Shown: piece after piece, positions 34,601-47,411 of the stretch | How the letters are laid out: each line of letters opens with the position of its first letter | Numbering within the stretch: position 1 is the stretch's first letter | DNA from: a virus | Lineage: Duplodnaviria > Caudoviricetes | DNA: 64,000 nt | Reading direction: 5' to 3' (one strand) | Virus record (IMG/VR): IMGVR_UViG_3300031555_003626 | Coordinates: 96,001-160,000 of that record | Notes under the pieces: generated by a model | Seen by the model: only the letters and a program-made list of their open reading frames with translations | Told to the model about the DNA's origin: nothing | The model's database searches: none | Made by a program: the position numbers and the translations under genes

Positions 34601-34813
34601 GAGATTGAGGTTAGTGATTGTCCAACTCTAGAAGATCAAATGAAAGCCATTGAGGAGAGATTTGTAATGCTAGACGATCTTTATGAAATTGCTATTGAGC
34701 TTGATTCACGTGAAACATCTAATAATTGCGTAGTAGACCGTCTTCAGTCTTTTGGTTGGGACGAGCTCTGCGATAAAGGCATAGAGATACTAGAAAAACT
34801 TAAGAAGATATAA
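31601..34813 (+). other. small hypothetical CDSs
   Basis: 31601-31954, 32399-32614, 32598-33056 (zinc ribbon), 33056-33247, 33235-33627, 33640-34035, 34032-34316, 34327-34527, 34517-34813. Confidence 0.75.
32142..32173. repeat. perfect 15-bp inverted repeat (probable terminator) abutting a class II motif
   Basis: TAAGAGATAGCTTAA-TT-TTAAGCTATCTCTTA. Confidence 0.8.
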
Positions 34814-34826
34814 AGGAAGGTAATTT

Positions 34827-35369
34827 ATGAATAAACCTATTGTTGTTAATTTGACCGGAGCACCGGGAGCTGGTAAGAGCACTGGTGCAGCAAAAATTTT
34901 TAGTGAGCTTAAGCTACTTGGTATTAACTGTGAGCTTGTCGGCGAGTTTGCAAAGGATAAGACTTGGGAGCATAATATTACTGCCCTAAATTGTCAGGAG
35001 TATATCTTTGGTAAGCAGTCCTACAGACTTGCTAGATGTAGAAATGAAGTAGATGTTATTGTTACAGACAGTCCGCTTCCGCTTACTATTATTTATACTA
35101 AAGATGAAAAGATTAAAGAACCACTTACTGCGTTGGCTATGGCTGTATATAATTCTTATGATAATATTAACTTCTTTATAAATAGAGTTAAGCCTTATAA
35201 TCCTAAGGGTCGTAATCAGACGGCCGAAGAAAGTGATGCTCTGAGCACAGAAATTAAGGAACTGTATCAGAGATTAAATATTCCGTATACTGAAATCACT
35301 GGCGATGAGGAAGGCTATCAGAAAGCTATTGCTAAAGTAGTGACTAAACTTAATACTATAAATAATTAA
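34827..35369 (+). CDS. P-loop nucleotide kinase (AAA_28/NadR-like)
   Basis: GAPGAGKST, VTDSP, YNPKGRNQ. Confidence 0.8.
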   Translation: MNKPIVVNLTGAPGAGKSTGAAKIFSELKLLGINCELVGEFAKDKTWEHNITALNCQEYIFGKQSYRLARCRNEVDVIVTDSPLPLTIIYTKDEKIKEPLTALAMAVYNSYDNINFFINRVKPYNPKGRNQTAEESDALSTEIKELYQRLNIPYTEITGDEEGYQKAIAKVVTKLNTINN

Positions 35370-35378
35370 AAATAAATT

Positions 35379-35412
35379 AACAGCTATTTCTTTTACAGAA
35401 GTAGCTGTTTTT
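35379..35412 (+). terminator. intrinsic terminator
   Basis: ACAGCTATTTCT/AGAAGTAGCTGT plus T run. Confidence 0.8.
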
Positions 35413-35466
35413 CTATATCTGATATTGTATTATATAATAAGAAAACTTATTTTGAGGTGCTAAGAT

Positions 35467-35832
35467 ATGTCAAAGCTTAAGATTAAAACTCATACTACTT
35501 ATACTTATGAAACTACTGACGGCAGAGAATTCGAAGACCAGTCTGAGGCTCAGGAGTGGCAGGACCATTTAGAAAATATTACTGGCACCGTAATGCTTGA
35601 TCATAATTTTTGTAATACTACCAGAGTAGACGAAGCTATGTATGTACATGTTAAAACTGAGGCTCAGCTCAAAGCTTTTGAAGCTATCAATTCTTATGAA
35701 GGCATGTGTGCGAAGATTGATGCTCTCGGCTACTGGTACTATGATGAGCGCACAGATAATTATGTAAGCGTAAATAAGGAAATGTATAGGCTTCAGAGCA
35801 TTATTGAAACTCTTGATGTTCTTGGAAAGTGA
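35467..35832 (+). CDS. hypothetical protein, paralog of the C-terminal part of 58489-59127
   Basis: YETTDGREFE versus YRTSDGEVFE. Confidence 0.75.
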   Translation: MSKLKIKTHTTYTYETTDGREFEDQSEAQEWQDHLENITGTVMLDHNFCNTTRVDEAMYVHVKTEAQLKAFEAINSYEGMCAKIDALGYWYYDERTDNYVSVNKEMYRLQSIIETLDVLGK

Positions 35833-35839
35833 GGATACG

Positions 35840-36994
35840 ATGTTTAATACTGAACTTGGCTTGTTTTGCTATATGCACGATAACTGGGAAGAGCTTTTGA
35901 CTCAAGAGCCTTATTATCTTAAGATAAAGGAAGACGGCCCTTATGTAATTTTTAACTATGACCAGCTCAGATCAGATTTTTCTAATCATATTGTTCAGGA
36001 AGCTAGAGGCATTATCTTTAAAAGAGATGATTGGACTCATCCTGTTTGTTGGCCGTTTATGAAGTTTTTTAATGCAGGAGAGCCAAACGCAGCAGAGATT
36101 GATTGGTCTACCGCTTTCGTATCTGAGAAGGTCGACGGCTCTCTAATTAAGGTATGGTGGGATGGTTCTTGGAAGATCTCTACTAATGGAACTATTGATG
36201 CTTATAAGGCAGAGATTGGTGACGCTAGAATGCCTGACTTCGGAACTTACTTTACTGAAACTATTCATACATACTATACTACCTGCAGTAGTTTTCTTTG
36301 TGAGCTTGACTCGGACCTTACCTATATGTTTGAGTTGGTAGGCCCTTATAACAGAGTAGTTATTCCTTACGAAGAGCCTGATATCTATTTCCTTGGAGCT
36401 CGTAATAAGTATACCGGAGAAGAGCTTAACTGTTCTCCTTTGGCTGCTGGTGCTCTTGGTATGGGAAGATTTAAGTTGCCTAAGCAGTACCCTTTTAATA
36501 CTTTGGAGCATTGTATTAAGGTTACTGAGAATTTCCCTTGGGACGCAGAAGGCGTTGTAGCCTGTGATGCTAATTTTAACCGTGTTAAGATAAAGTCGCC
36601 TGCTTATGTTATGGCGCACTTCGCCCGGAATAATAATGTGATCAATAGAAAGCATCTTATCAACGTAATCCTTACTAATGAGGTAGAAGAGTTTCTTTGT
36701 TATGCCGCCGACTACAAGGAAGAGCTCGAGAAGGTACAGAATCTTATGAAGGCTTACTATAAGGTAGGCGATCAGATTGCTAAGTCCTGTCAGCGACTCT
36801 ATGATATTCCTAAAAAGACTTATGCTTACTGGGTACAGACTCTTCCTAAGATTTATCAGGACCTTGCTTTCAGAAATTATAATAACATTATGTCTACTAA
36901 GGATTATACCGCCGGCTGGAATGAGAATAAGTGGGACCAGTATCTTGATGAGTTTGAAAAGCTTAAGGAGGTTTTGTTTGATGGCAAAAATTGA
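35840..36994 (+). CDS. RNA ligase, T4 Rnl1 family
   Basis: EARGIIF, PFMKFFN, EKVDGS, FEL, EGVV, RVKIKS. Confidence 0.9.
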   Translation: MFNTELGLFCYMHDNWEELLTQEPYYLKIKEDGPYVIFNYDQLRSDFSNHIVQEARGIIFKRDDWTHPVCWPFMKFFNAGEPNAAEIDWSTAFVSEKVDGSLIKVWWDGSWKISTNGTIDAYKAEIGDARMPDFGTYFTETIHTYYTTCSSFLCELDSDLTYMFELVGPYNRVVIPYEEPDIYFLGARNKYTGEELNCSPLAAGALGMGRFKLPKQYPFNTLEHCIKVTENFPWDAEGVVACDANFNRVKIKSPAYVMAHFARNNNVINRKHLINVILTNEVEEFLCYAADYKEELEKVQNLMKAYYKVGDQIAKSCQRLYDIPKKTYAYWVQTLPKIYQDLAFRNYNNIMSTKDYTAGWNENKWDQYLDEFEKLKEVLFDGKN

Positions 36995-37232
36995 ATATTA
37001 TAAAGAAAGTAAGGAAACGGTAGACCTGCCTAATTGTTTCTGCGGTGAAGAGCCTGAGCTTATAGAGGATTATGATGACGTTGGCGACTACAGATACCAT
37101 CACGTTAGAATACAGTGTCCTTATTGCGGAGCCCATACAGACAGTCGAGGCTGGAATACTTTTAATCCTTATCATGTAGCTGTTGAGAAAGCTATTGAAG
37201 ATTGGATTAAGATGATTAGGAGAGAAAAGTAA
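36981..37232 (+). CDS. Lar-like zinc-ribbon protein
   Basis: CFCGEEP...IQCPYCG...AIEDW. Confidence 0.5.
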   Translation: MAKIEYYKESKETVDLPNCFCGEEPELIEDYDDVGDYRYHHVRIQCPYCGAHTDSRGWNTFNPYHVAVEKAIEDWIKMIRREK

Positions 37233-39095
37233 TGACTGGTGTAGAAATTTTAAATGAAATTCAAGTAGTAACAGAATCCAGTTTTGGTTGGACTGCTTTC
37301 TGGATTACATTTAGCATAATCTTTGGTATTTTTATAATTATTGGTATAATTCTATCAATAACTGAAGGCCCCGATTTAATAGGCTGGATAGCTCTAGTAG
37401 GTTTCGGAATATTTATAAGTCTACTTTTTGGATTTCTATTTGGAGTATATTGTGAAACGCCTGCTAAATATGAAACACATTATCAAGTTATTATAGATGA
37501 CTCAGTATCAATGAATGATTTTCTAAATAAATATGAAATTATTAATACTGAAGGAAAAATTCTTACTGTAAGGGAGCGAGATTAAATGAGAGGATCTATT
37601 GGAGTACACGCTGCACATTGTTGTAAGTGGCATGGTTGTAAGTACGGCGACCCGGATTGTCCTGTAGCTAACGGAGAAGTTGAACAGGAATATCTTTGTG
37701 AGGATTGCAGTACTGTTTTAGAGGAAGAAGAGTACTATAAGAGAATGGCTCGTGAGATAGACGATATTAAAGAATGGTGGGAGGTGAAAAAGAAAAATGG
37801 CAAATAAGAGATTTACTATTGATTGTGAGATGCCTGAAAGATGGGTAAATGATTTCTGTTCTTTCTTGAGACAACTTGAACGTAATGGTAATATAGGTCA
37901 TTCTTCGCTTATTGGTTTTTATGCTGATGGCGATGGAGACTTTAGACCTAAGTTCAGTATTAATGTAGATTATACAGAGACCGAGGGTAGAGAGACTTCT
38001 TGGTTTCCTGAAGTAATGTTTGATGCGGGGTAAACTTATGAGTAAAAATTATATGTATGTTTCACCAAATCCAGTAGAAAATTTGTTTCATAACATCCTT
38101 TATCACGCCGAAAATTTTGAGATGAGAACAGGTTATAAGCCGACTATCTTTATCACACCGGATTTGTTTAATTCTTTGGCAGTTAATTATAAATATGATC
38201 TAAGATTTACTGTCGCAAAAGATGAGCCCGATACTTTTTGCGGTTATCCTATTGAACAAATAAGAAGTAATAAGAGCAGTGTTTCTATTGGGTATAAAAT
38301 TTTAGATGAAGAGCCAGCTGAAAGGGAAAGATAAGTGGATAAGTATATAAAAGCTAATGAACTAGTCGATAGAGTTATCGAGAGCATGAATTATAATCCG
38401 CATAATAATCCTCTGCAGAGTCAGAATCACATAGCTGAACACAGACATTTCATACATATGATTGATTCTATAAAGGCAGAAGATGTTATTCTTGCGAGGT
38501 ACGGAACTTGGAGTCCTGAACCAGATGAAGAAATGCCAGACCCTATGTTTAAGCACGTAGTCTGTTCAGCGTGTAAAGGAAAAGCAAATACTACATATAA
38601 GTTTTGTCCTTGTTGTGGGGCAAAGATGAATTAAAAAATAAATGTGAATGATTTATTAACAAATTATTCACATTTTTTATTTATACGGTCGATCCTAATA
38701 TTGTATTATATAATAATGAAATTTATTTTGGAGGACTTTATGAGCGAGCGCAAAAGATATAAGAAGACCTGCCCGTTTTGTGGAGCAGAATGTGAGAACT
38801 TTGAGGGCTCAAACTTATTCTGTAATTGCAATGCCAAATACTACTACTTTGATAAGGTCTGGCTTGATAGAAATACCGGTAAAGAAGTATGGGATAAGGA
38901 GACCGAGAAATGAAATGGAATGTAAGTGTAAGCATAATGCTTACTATGGATTATGATGACATTGAGGCCGACACTGAAGAGGAAGCTAAGGATATTGCTA
39001 AAGAAAAAGCCGATGAGGATCTTTGGTTTGACAATGCTACCTTTGACGGCTTTACCAGTTGCATTGCCTGGTCGGACGAGGAGGCAGATGAATGA
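37232..39095 (+). other. small hypothetical CDSs
   Basis: 37232-37585 (2 TM), 37586-37807, 37797-38033, 38038-38334, 38335-38634 (zinc ribbon), 38740-38913, 38910-39095. Confidence 0.75.
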
Positions 39096-39245
39096 GCTGT
39101 AAGTGGTGTAAGTTTTGTAAATATGGATATCCTCACTTTGAAAAAGGAAAATGTGTAGTTTACTGTAATTTATCAGTTCTTAGCTACCCGGTGCAGAAAG
39201 ACCCGTTTGATACCTGTAAAGACTTTGAAAGTGAGGAAGAGAATA

Positions 39246-39521
39246 ATGAAGATACTGAACTTACTTAAGAAACGAGCTAATTTTTCTATGATAAAAAAGT
39301 GCCCTTTTTGCGGCGGCATACCTAAGTTATCACGATGTGGTGACCAAAGAGACCTTTGGTATGTTCGATGTACGGAATGCTGTGAAACACCTATTGACTG
39401 GGGTGAAGCAAAAGTAAACCCTGATAGTGCTGTAAAGATTTATAATAAAAGAGCAGAATACGCTGAGCACCTTATAAGAATATATAATCGAGTTAAGGAG
39501 AAGAAAAATGAAATACAGTAA
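39246..39521 (+). CDS. Lar-like zinc-ribbon protein
   Basis: KKCPFCGG...YVRCTEC...AVKIYNKRA. Confidence 0.6.
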   Translation: MKILNLLKKRANFSMIKKCPFCGGIPKLSRCGDQRDLWYVRCTECCETPIDWGEAKVNPDSAVKIYNKRAEYAEHLIRIYNRVKEKKNEIQ

Positions 39522-42500
39522 AGATGATATTATTGAGGCACTTAGGTGCTGCAGTCTTAACGGACGTAATTCCTGTGAAACTTGTCCGCTTAAAGAGGAG
39601 TGCGAAGAAAGCCCGCTCGAAAGTGTTATTGCTAAATATACTCTTGATGTAGTTAACGACATCGTACATAAAAATAAAAAGCTTACTGAAGAGCGAGATA
39701 CTTTTAAAGAAGCTTTTTATAATTATCAGAACTGGATAAACAGTATTGGTGCTTATGAGTCTGAGGGTTATGAAAGGTCCGCTGCTAAAGCTGCTGCCGA
39801 AATGGATATGTGGCGATGTGTCGCTGCTGAGAAGCAGACCTTACAGGACCAAAATAAAAGACTAATAGCCGACACTGAAGAGCTCTATAAAGAAATGGTT
39901 GAACGAATAGCAGAGGAGCGTAAAATTGAGAGAAAGCTTACTCTAAGACGCGTACATGCAAATTTATTAAGATATACTGAAAGTGTTGGTGAGTGCACTA
40001 CAGATAACCCGTTGGCAGAAACTTACTCAGTAGTCAGAGAAGAAGATATAGACCAAGTAATAAATGAAATGCTGGAGGACTGCGATGGCAAGAAAGGTGC
40101 TTAAGAATACGCCTAAGACAAAGAAATATTTAGACAGTCTGCCTAAGGTCTACGGGCTTTTTCTCTGGGCTAAGTGGGGCATGCTTGAGCTACCTTGGTC
40201 TGGCAAATATACTAAAGGTGATATTGCAGTTCCTTTAGTTTATCATTACTACGACGCCAATGGAATGTGCGATGAATATCATTTAGTGCCAATTAATAGT
40301 TGCTCAAGTGGCGCTTTCTGGGATTGGTATGAGTTTAAAAATAATGCTGAAGAAGTACAGGAAATACTTAACGAAGCCTTAAGCAGAGGAGAAATTGGTT
40401 ATAGTGAAGGAGAAGATATTTAATGAGATGGCCTTATAAATCTAAAACAGTATACGATCGAATTAAAAGACGATTTGCTCTTTTTCCAGTTGCAATAAAG
40501 GATACTTGGGTCTGGCTTGAACACTACTACAGCTTTTCTTGGGAAGATTATGGTGGTCCTAACATAGTACGTTTCTATACCTATGAGTCGGCAAAGGAGT
40601 GGGTGAGATCTTGGGAGGAAGATGGTGAATAATTTTGAAAACTTAAAAAAGATGTCTTTAGAGGACTTTGCGGCTTGGCTTGACGAGAATGGTATGTTTG
40701 ATAACTCGTCTTGGACAAACTGGTTCGCTAAGAAGTATTGTGATAATTGTGAGTCTATTGAATGCCGTTATGTAGAGGCAAAAGAAAAGCTCGGTATTAC
40801 ACCTTTTTATGATGATACTATCGAATGTGCCTATTGTGAGTTAGCCGACGAGTCTGGCATAAAGAGATGCAGATTTTTCCCGGATTTGGATGATATACCA
40901 AACAATAGAGAAGTTATTAAAATGTGGCTTGAGGAGGAGGCAGAATAAATGAGTTATTATAGTGAAACTTTTGAGCGACCGGAGATCGGAGAAACTATTT
41001 ATTTCATCGGCTATGGTATTGTAGAAGCTCTTAAGATTGTAAAGATTACTACAGAAGAAACCGAAGAGCAATTTATTGGATACGTGGATGCTTGCAGATC
41101 TGATGGTACTACTGAGAGTATCGGTTTTAATGTTTTCGGCGAGCTTGCTTTTGTATACAAAGAAGAGGCTGAAGTGGCTTTGAGCCAGGTGGAGGTAGAA
41201 TGAAAAGAAAACAATACTTATATGCCATTTCTTATTGGTGTACGGACAAAGAGGGACGAAGTGGTCAGAGCTGTAGTTTAATTACCCGCCCTACTAAAAT
41301 TAACACTGTAAATAGCTTCTATGATATGTCTGACTATCTTAGAGAACGTAATCAATTTAAGACTATTGCAATTTGTAATATTATGCTGCTTGGTAAGGTG
41401 AAAGTATGAAGATTGACGATTATGTTTCAGGTACAGCTTTTATAAGATTGTATAGAAGTCATTTTAAGTATGAGGAAGACTTTGAAAATATTTTAAGATT
41501 TCTTAAGATGTCTGAGAGGAATACTTTTATTGACCTGCCTGTTTATGAGAATGAAGTAAAAGGATCTTTTAGAGATTTTCCCGGAACTCGTCATGCTAAG
41601 TGGTCTAGGTATTCTTCTACAATGATGGAATGTAGCGCTTGTAAGAAGCATGTTCCGTATCACAGATATTACTATTATTGTCCGCAGTGCGGTTCAAAGA
41701 TGGAGTTTGCCGATGAAAACATGTAAAGACTGCAAATATTTTATGGGCATGGGAGACTGGAACCTTTGTTGCTCAAATCCGCCCGCGAGAGCAAAAGATA
41801 GCTGGTGTGGCTTCTTGTGCTATGAAGATACGGAAGCTTGTGAAAACTTTAAGGAAAAAGGTCAAGCAGAAAAGTTTACTGAACAGGTACTGGTAGGGAA
41901 GCTTCCGTCTATCGATGAAGTTAAAGATTTTGGAATTCAATATGTGGAGCGAGGATAAATAATGACTGAAAATTTTTCACCTGAATTAATAAATGAATGT
42001 GCTAAGGACCTTTGCTTTTATGGTGATAAATGCGAATGCAGATGCACGGAAAGAAATTGTGAAACATCGTGGCTGGCTGAGAATCTTCTTAGAGCTGGTT
42101 GGGTAAAACCGCCGGCTTATATCGGAATGAAGGTTTGGGTGCCGCATGTCTGGATGTTTAAAGAGGTTATGACCGACCTTAGAGAAGGCCACGTTTCCGG
42201 CTTACAGCAGAAGGCAGATAAGTCTTGGAAAATTAGAGTGACTCGGAACGGCTCTGTGGCTGACTATACGGTCGAGGAATTTAACAAATACTGTTTCTTT
42301 AATAAAGAGGATGCTGAGAATTATATTGAAGAAAAAGTAAAGGAGTACGCTAATGGCAATTAATGACGGATTTGAAAAGCTTGTAAAGCTTCCTGAGGTT
42401 TGTAATGGTACTGACTATGAACTTAGCGAGCTTGCCGCGATTGCTTGGGAAAAGGTAAGTGAGGAGTCTGCTCTCGGAGTTAGTGCTATCACTTATATTG

Positions 42501-44063
42501 ACCCTGATGACACTATCGTCAAGAAGGTCTGGCACGACGGCATGACCGAATATTATTATACTTAAGGAGGTTTATATGACTTTTAAAGAACGAATGACTG
42601 AGAAAGCAAATAAGTATGATACTAATGATAAAATAAAAGAACATATCGATAATATAAAAAATAAGATCGAGACGTTTTATCACAAAAGAAGCCTTACAGT
42701 AACTTTAATTGATGCTCATACGACTGTGGCTATCGGCGGAGGTAATTCGAATCGTTATGACCTGTTTGTTCCGGGTTGGATTAAGCCTCTGGAATATCAG
42801 CAGCTGTTTGTAGATGCCTTTAATGAGATTGGCTTTACAGATAAGGACATGGAGTTTGTCTTTGTGCCGGGTAAATCGTTCGATGAATATAATATTATTT
42901 TAAAGTGGTGAAGATATGACTAATAAAAAAAGACTTACTCAGTTAATTTGTGAAAGCTATCAGACAGACGAGTGTATAGCTCATTGTAATTATGGTCCGT
43001 GCTGTACTTGCGAGCGTATTACCAATTATTTAGAGGCGAACGGTTGTATAGTATCGCCTTGGAAAATTGGCGATACCGTCTACTATATTACAAAGGACTA
43101 CAAAATCGATACAGATACCGTAATTAGACTTACTATTACTTCAACAGGGATTAATCCTATATTAAAGCGTCACAATCGAGGTTTTTGGAAACATTATAAA
43201 GGACGTTGGTTTAAGACTTTGTTTGAAGCAGAAGATTACTTGGAAGAATTAAAGGAGTGGATAGAAGGCTAATGAGACTCGTTGATGCGGACATGCTTTT
43301 AAAACATAAACAATCTTATGAACTTCCAGACCCTAACGGTGGAGATTATCATATAGATGCAATTAATGCCTACTATGTTATTAATGCACCTACAGTAGAA
43401 ACAGCTGTAGTTCCACCTGTAGACGTGGGCGATAAAGTTTGGTATATCCATGGTGGCTATTATAATTCAGCTCGTCAGGAACCCCGCGAGATAGAGGTTA
43501 CCGAGATTAATAAAAAGAAGAGTGGTAAAACTATTGACTGGGCGTTTGTTGCTAATAGTACGAGATATAAGTTTTCCAGTATTGGTAAGACAGTATTTCT
43601 CACAAAAGAAGATTGTTTGGCAGCGATTAATAACAAAAAAGCTAAAAATTACAAACAGCATATCGTATAATAAAATATAAACAAAATTTTACTAAGGAGA
43701 AAACAAATGAATATTTTTGGACTTACTATTACTACTAAGAAAAAGCAGCTTGCACGTATCGCAAAGCACGATGAGGAGGTTCAGGAGCTTAAGAATATGA
43801 TTATTGAGCTTAATGAAGAGCTTTATGATATGGTAGATGCTTTCCCTTTTTATATGGGTCAGGTCGTTTACGACGTAGCTCTTAAGAACGCGCAGGGTAG
43901 ATATACTAAGACTAAGCCTTCTCGTGAGCACTGCACCATCACTGAAGTAGAGGTAAACGAGAAGAACTACTTCGGCCTTAAGAAGCGTCTTGAGAACAAT
44001 GACGTCTTTTATGAGCATGAGGAAGCAGTAGAGTATCTTGATTCGGTTTGCAAAAATGTATAA
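39508..44063 (+). other. operon of small hypothetical CDSs
   Basis: 39508-40104, 40085-40423, 40423-40632, 40622-40948, 40949-41203, 41200-41409, 41406-41726, 41713-41958, 41962-42363, 42353-42565, 42576-42911, 42916-43272, 43272-43670, 43707-44063; several share P.xGdxV(Y/W)...F.t.EeA. Confidence 0.75.
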
Positions 44064-45111
44064 GCTTTTAGATAATATAATGCTCGTCTGCAGAGATGAA
44101 TGTCACCGTAAAAGTACAGATGCTCTGCAGGCGTATCTTGTAGACCCTTCTAATAAGAGTCAGCTTAAGTCAGCGAGAACTTGGGCTACTTGGACTGAGT
44201 ACGGCAATTATGTTAAAACTGAATCAGGTAAGTGGGAGTATGAGTGGACTGAGAAACATGAGCCGCTTGAATATACTTTCGGCAATCAGCATTTTAGACT
44301 AGAGCTTCTTGATTGTGCTGGCGGAAGCTCTCAGGGTGGCAAACTCAGTTTCTGGAATTGCATTGTATCAAAAGATGACCAGAGATTTAAGATTGGTATT
44401 AATTCTGAGATGCTTCTTGAACTTTTGAAGAATGCGACTTTTGTTAAGGGAGTTTGTCAGGACGACCTGCTTTTCGTGACTGATAACGGAAGAGTCGGTA
44501 TGTGTGCCGAGGGCTCTCAGGTTCATAGAGACGCTATTAAAGATATGGAAATTAAGGCAGAGTCCAAAAAGAATGCTGTTTCTAAGTTTTCTTTTGGAGA
44601 CATTATTACAACGCCGACATTAAGAGAAGTATATCTTGGTACAGTTACTCAGTATTATACTTTTGACCCAGGCAATAATGATCAGTATAATTATTCACAT
44701 ATGCATTATCGTGATTGTACAATTACTAAGTTAGCTAAGCCTATTACTTGTCATGTCTTTGATAGTATCTATGGAGCAAAAACTAAGGTATCAGACTTTC
44801 TTAATGATTACGGAACTTCCCGCTGGTATTCATATCCTGATTTTAAGAAAACCTGTCCTAAGCGAGCTATTGATGGGAAGCTTGAGTTAGATTGCTCAGA
44901 GGAGTATTTTAAAGAAGAGCTAATAAAGAAAATTTATGATTATTCAGCTTTCGAAAAGTATGTTAATACATCATATTTGCGACCAGATGATAGAGTACTA
45001 TATTACTTCTTAGACAAAGAGACGTTTGGCTTTGGTTTTGAGCCTTTCGAAATTCCTGAGGACATTATGGCTAAGATTAAGGCAGCCGGTATTAGATATA
45101 TAGAAGAATAA
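44056..45111 (+). CDS. hypothetical protein
   Basis: ~350-aa ORF. Confidence 0.85.
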   Translation: MYKLLDNIMLVCRDECHRKSTDALQAYLVDPSNKSQLKSARTWATWTEYGNYVKTESGKWEYEWTEKHEPLEYTFGNQHFRLELLDCAGGSSQGGKLSFWNCIVSKDDQRFKIGINSEMLLELLKNATFVKGVCQDDLLFVTDNGRVGMCAEGSQVHRDAIKDMEIKAESKKNAVSKFSFGDIITTPTLREVYLGTVTQYYTFDPGNNDQYNYSHMHYRDCTITKLAKPITCHVFDSIYGAKTKVSDFLNDYGTSRWYSYPDFKKTCPKRAIDGKLELDCSEEYFKEELIKKIYDYSAFEKYVNTSYLRPDDRVLYYFLDKETFGFGFEPFEIPEDIMAKIKAAGIRYIEE

Positions 45112-45255
45112 ATAATATAAAGGAGATTTAATTATGAACATTAATGAACTTAAGATTGTAAATCGTATTGAACTTCTCAAGTCACGTAAGGCCGAGAATG
45201 GAAGAATCATTAAGAAGCAAGAAAGAAAACTTGCAAAAGTTAGAGGCGAGAGATA

Positions 45256-45906
45256 ATGATTAGTACACAACGTTTACGTAAAATACTTGGGTGGCTTGGA
45301 GCCTTACTTCCTTTAATAGTACTTTGTTTAGCCCTTATTTTTGGTTATGGCTTCCCGGATTCAATTTCGGCTACTTATTACCTTGACCCTTGTATTACAC
45401 CGTTTATGATTATCCTTGGCGCTGCTGGCATACTGTTAATTAGCTATATGGGTTATGATAGACAGGATGATATTATTTGTACTATTGCAGGTAGCCTTGC
45501 TCTTGGTATTTGTTTATTTCCATGCGCTCTAAATGGTTTAGTCTTGAGATGGCCTGAATTAGCAGAATTAACTCGAGTAGGTACTTTTCAGATTATTCCA
45601 GCTGTTAGTGGTATTATACATAATATTTGTGCTATCGGCTTCTTTGCGTTGCTTGCGTATAATTCGATATTTTTATTTACAAAAACCAGCGGTAATATGA
45701 CTGAGAATAAGAAGAAAAGAAATATTATTTTCTGTATATGCGGAATTGGAATGATTGCTTCCTTTCTTGCTATTATACCGATAAGTATTTTTGAAATTTG
45801 GGGTGGCGTTTGGATAGTTGAGGCTATTGCTCTCGCTTTCTTTGGTGTTTCTTGGCTCACTAAAGCAGGTTGTTATCCCTGGTTGTTTGCCGATAAGAAA
45901 AATTAA
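45256..45906 (+). CDS. multi-pass membrane protein (DUF998-like)
   Basis: ~6 hydrophobic helices, SISATYY, H-x-x-x-A motif. Confidence 0.65.
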   Translation: MISTQRLRKILGWLGALLPLIVLCLALIFGYGFPDSISATYYLDPCITPFMIILGAAGILLISYMGYDRQDDIICTIAGSLALGICLFPCALNGLVLRWPELAELTRVGTFQIIPAVSGIIHNICAIGFFALLAYNSIFLFTKTSGNMTENKKKRNIIFCICGIGMIASFLAIIPISIFEIWGGVWIVEAIALAFFGVSWLTKAGCYPWLFADKKN

Positions 45907-45983
45907 ATAAAATAATAAAATAGCTTCCACTGGTATCGTATAATATATCAGTGGAATTTTTATTTATACAAAGGAGAAAAGCT

Positions 45984-46379
45984 ATGGCACTTGATATTGA
46001 TGAGATCAGAGTTAATTATAATAAGGGAGTATATACTTATAAAGCAGATATTCCTAAAAAAGTAAAGCCTGATCATGTATTTGATGAGGAACTCTCTGTT
46101 AAGCGCAATCGTGAGCTCGCACAGGAACATAACGACAATGTTGACAGGCTGTGGCGAGATAAGAATAGAATTCAGAGAGAACTCGATGAACGACTTACTT
46201 ACGATGTAGTTGTTTATATGATGTCATATTATGATCTCACTGAGCGACAGGCAAAAATTGTTGAGAATTTTGTTTATCAGCACTATCATTCTTCTATGAG
46301 TGACTATTTCGGCTATATTGATACTTTTGCTGATTTTGCTTTTATGCTTGTTGAACCAAAGGAGGAAACAAATGACTGA
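45984..46379 (+). CDS. hypothetical protein
   Basis: AAGGAG RBS, class II motif upstream. Confidence 0.8.
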   Translation: MALDIDEIRVNYNKGVYTYKADIPKKVKPDHVFDEELSVKRNRELAQEHNDNVDRLWRDKNRIQRELDERLTYDVVVYMMSYYDLTERQAKIVENFVYQHYHSSMSDYFGYIDTFADFAFMLVEPKEETND

Positions 46380-47397
46380 CTTTAAAGAGATCCTTAAAAC
46401 ACCTGAGTATGAGTTTTTAAAGACAAATCCTCATCTCGGCAAGAATATTATTCTTCTTGGTCTTGGTGGTTCGCACGCTTATGGAACTAACGTAGAAGGC
46501 TCTGATGTTGATATTAGAGGTGTTGCGCTTAATTCTAAGGCTGAAATTCTTGGCGCAGCTAACTTTGAGCAAGTAGTTAACGAAGCTACAGATACTACTG
46601 TTTATTCAATTAGAAAGATTGTTAGTTTGCTTTCTTCTTGTAATCCTAATACTATTGAGCTGTTAGGTTTGAAGCCCGAGCATTATCTTTATTTATCGTC
46701 GGGCGGTCAGGAGCTACTTGATAATAAGAAACTTTTCCTTTCAAAGAGAGCTAAGTATTCTTTCGGTGGTTATGCTTTCGCACAGCTGAGAAGACTTGAT
46801 AATAAGGCAGCGCGGACAATCGCGCAGGCAGAAAGAGAGCAGCATATTCTTAATAGTATCACGACAGCTACCTATACTTGGCCTGAGAAATATGGCTGCT
46901 TTAAAGACGGTGAAGGAATAAAGCTTTATCTTGATAACTCTGCACAGGATGATATGGATAAAGAAATTTATATGGATATTAACTTGACTCACTATCCACT
47001 TCGAGACTATAAGGCAATGTGGTCAGATATGAAGAATATCGTTTCTGACTATGATAAAATTGGACACCGAAATCAGAATGCTATCGAGCGAGGAAAGCTT
47101 GGAAAACACATGATGCATCTCGTAAGACTTTACTTGATGTGCATTGATATTCTTGAGAAAGAAGAAATTAACACTTACCGTGAGAAAGACATTCCTTTTC
47201 TTATGGATATTCGTAACGGTAAATTCCTAGATGCAGAGTCGCAGCCACTCCCCGAATTCTATGAAATGGTAAGTGACTATGAGAAGCGTCTTGATTATGC
47301 TGCTGAAAATACGAGTCTGCCCGAGAAGCCGGACTATAATGCAATTAATGAATTTCTTATGAGTGTTAACGAAAGAGTTGTTAAAGATTTAATTTAA
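46372..47397 (+). CDS. Pol-beta-superfamily nucleotidyltransferase (RlaP-like)
   Basis: GGSHAYG...SDVDIRG, NPNTIELL, KHMMHLVRL. Confidence 0.85.
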   Translation: MTDFKEILKTPEYEFLKTNPHLGKNIILLGLGGSHAYGTNVEGSDVDIRGVALNSKAEILGAANFEQVVNEATDTTVYSIRKIVSLLSSCNPNTIELLGLKPEHYLYLSSGGQELLDNKKLFLSKRAKYSFGGYAFAQLRRLDNKAARTIAQAEREQHILNSITTATYTWPEKYGCFKDGEGIKLYLDNSAQDDMDKEIYMDINLTHYPLRDYKAMWSDMKNIVSDYDKIGHRNQNAIERGKLGKHMMHLVRLYLMCIDILEKEEINTYREKDIPFLMDIRNGKFLDAESQPLPEFYEMVSDYEKRLDYAAENTSLPEKPDYNAINEFLMSVNERVVKDLI

Positions 47398-47411
47398 AGG
47401 AGAAAAATAAA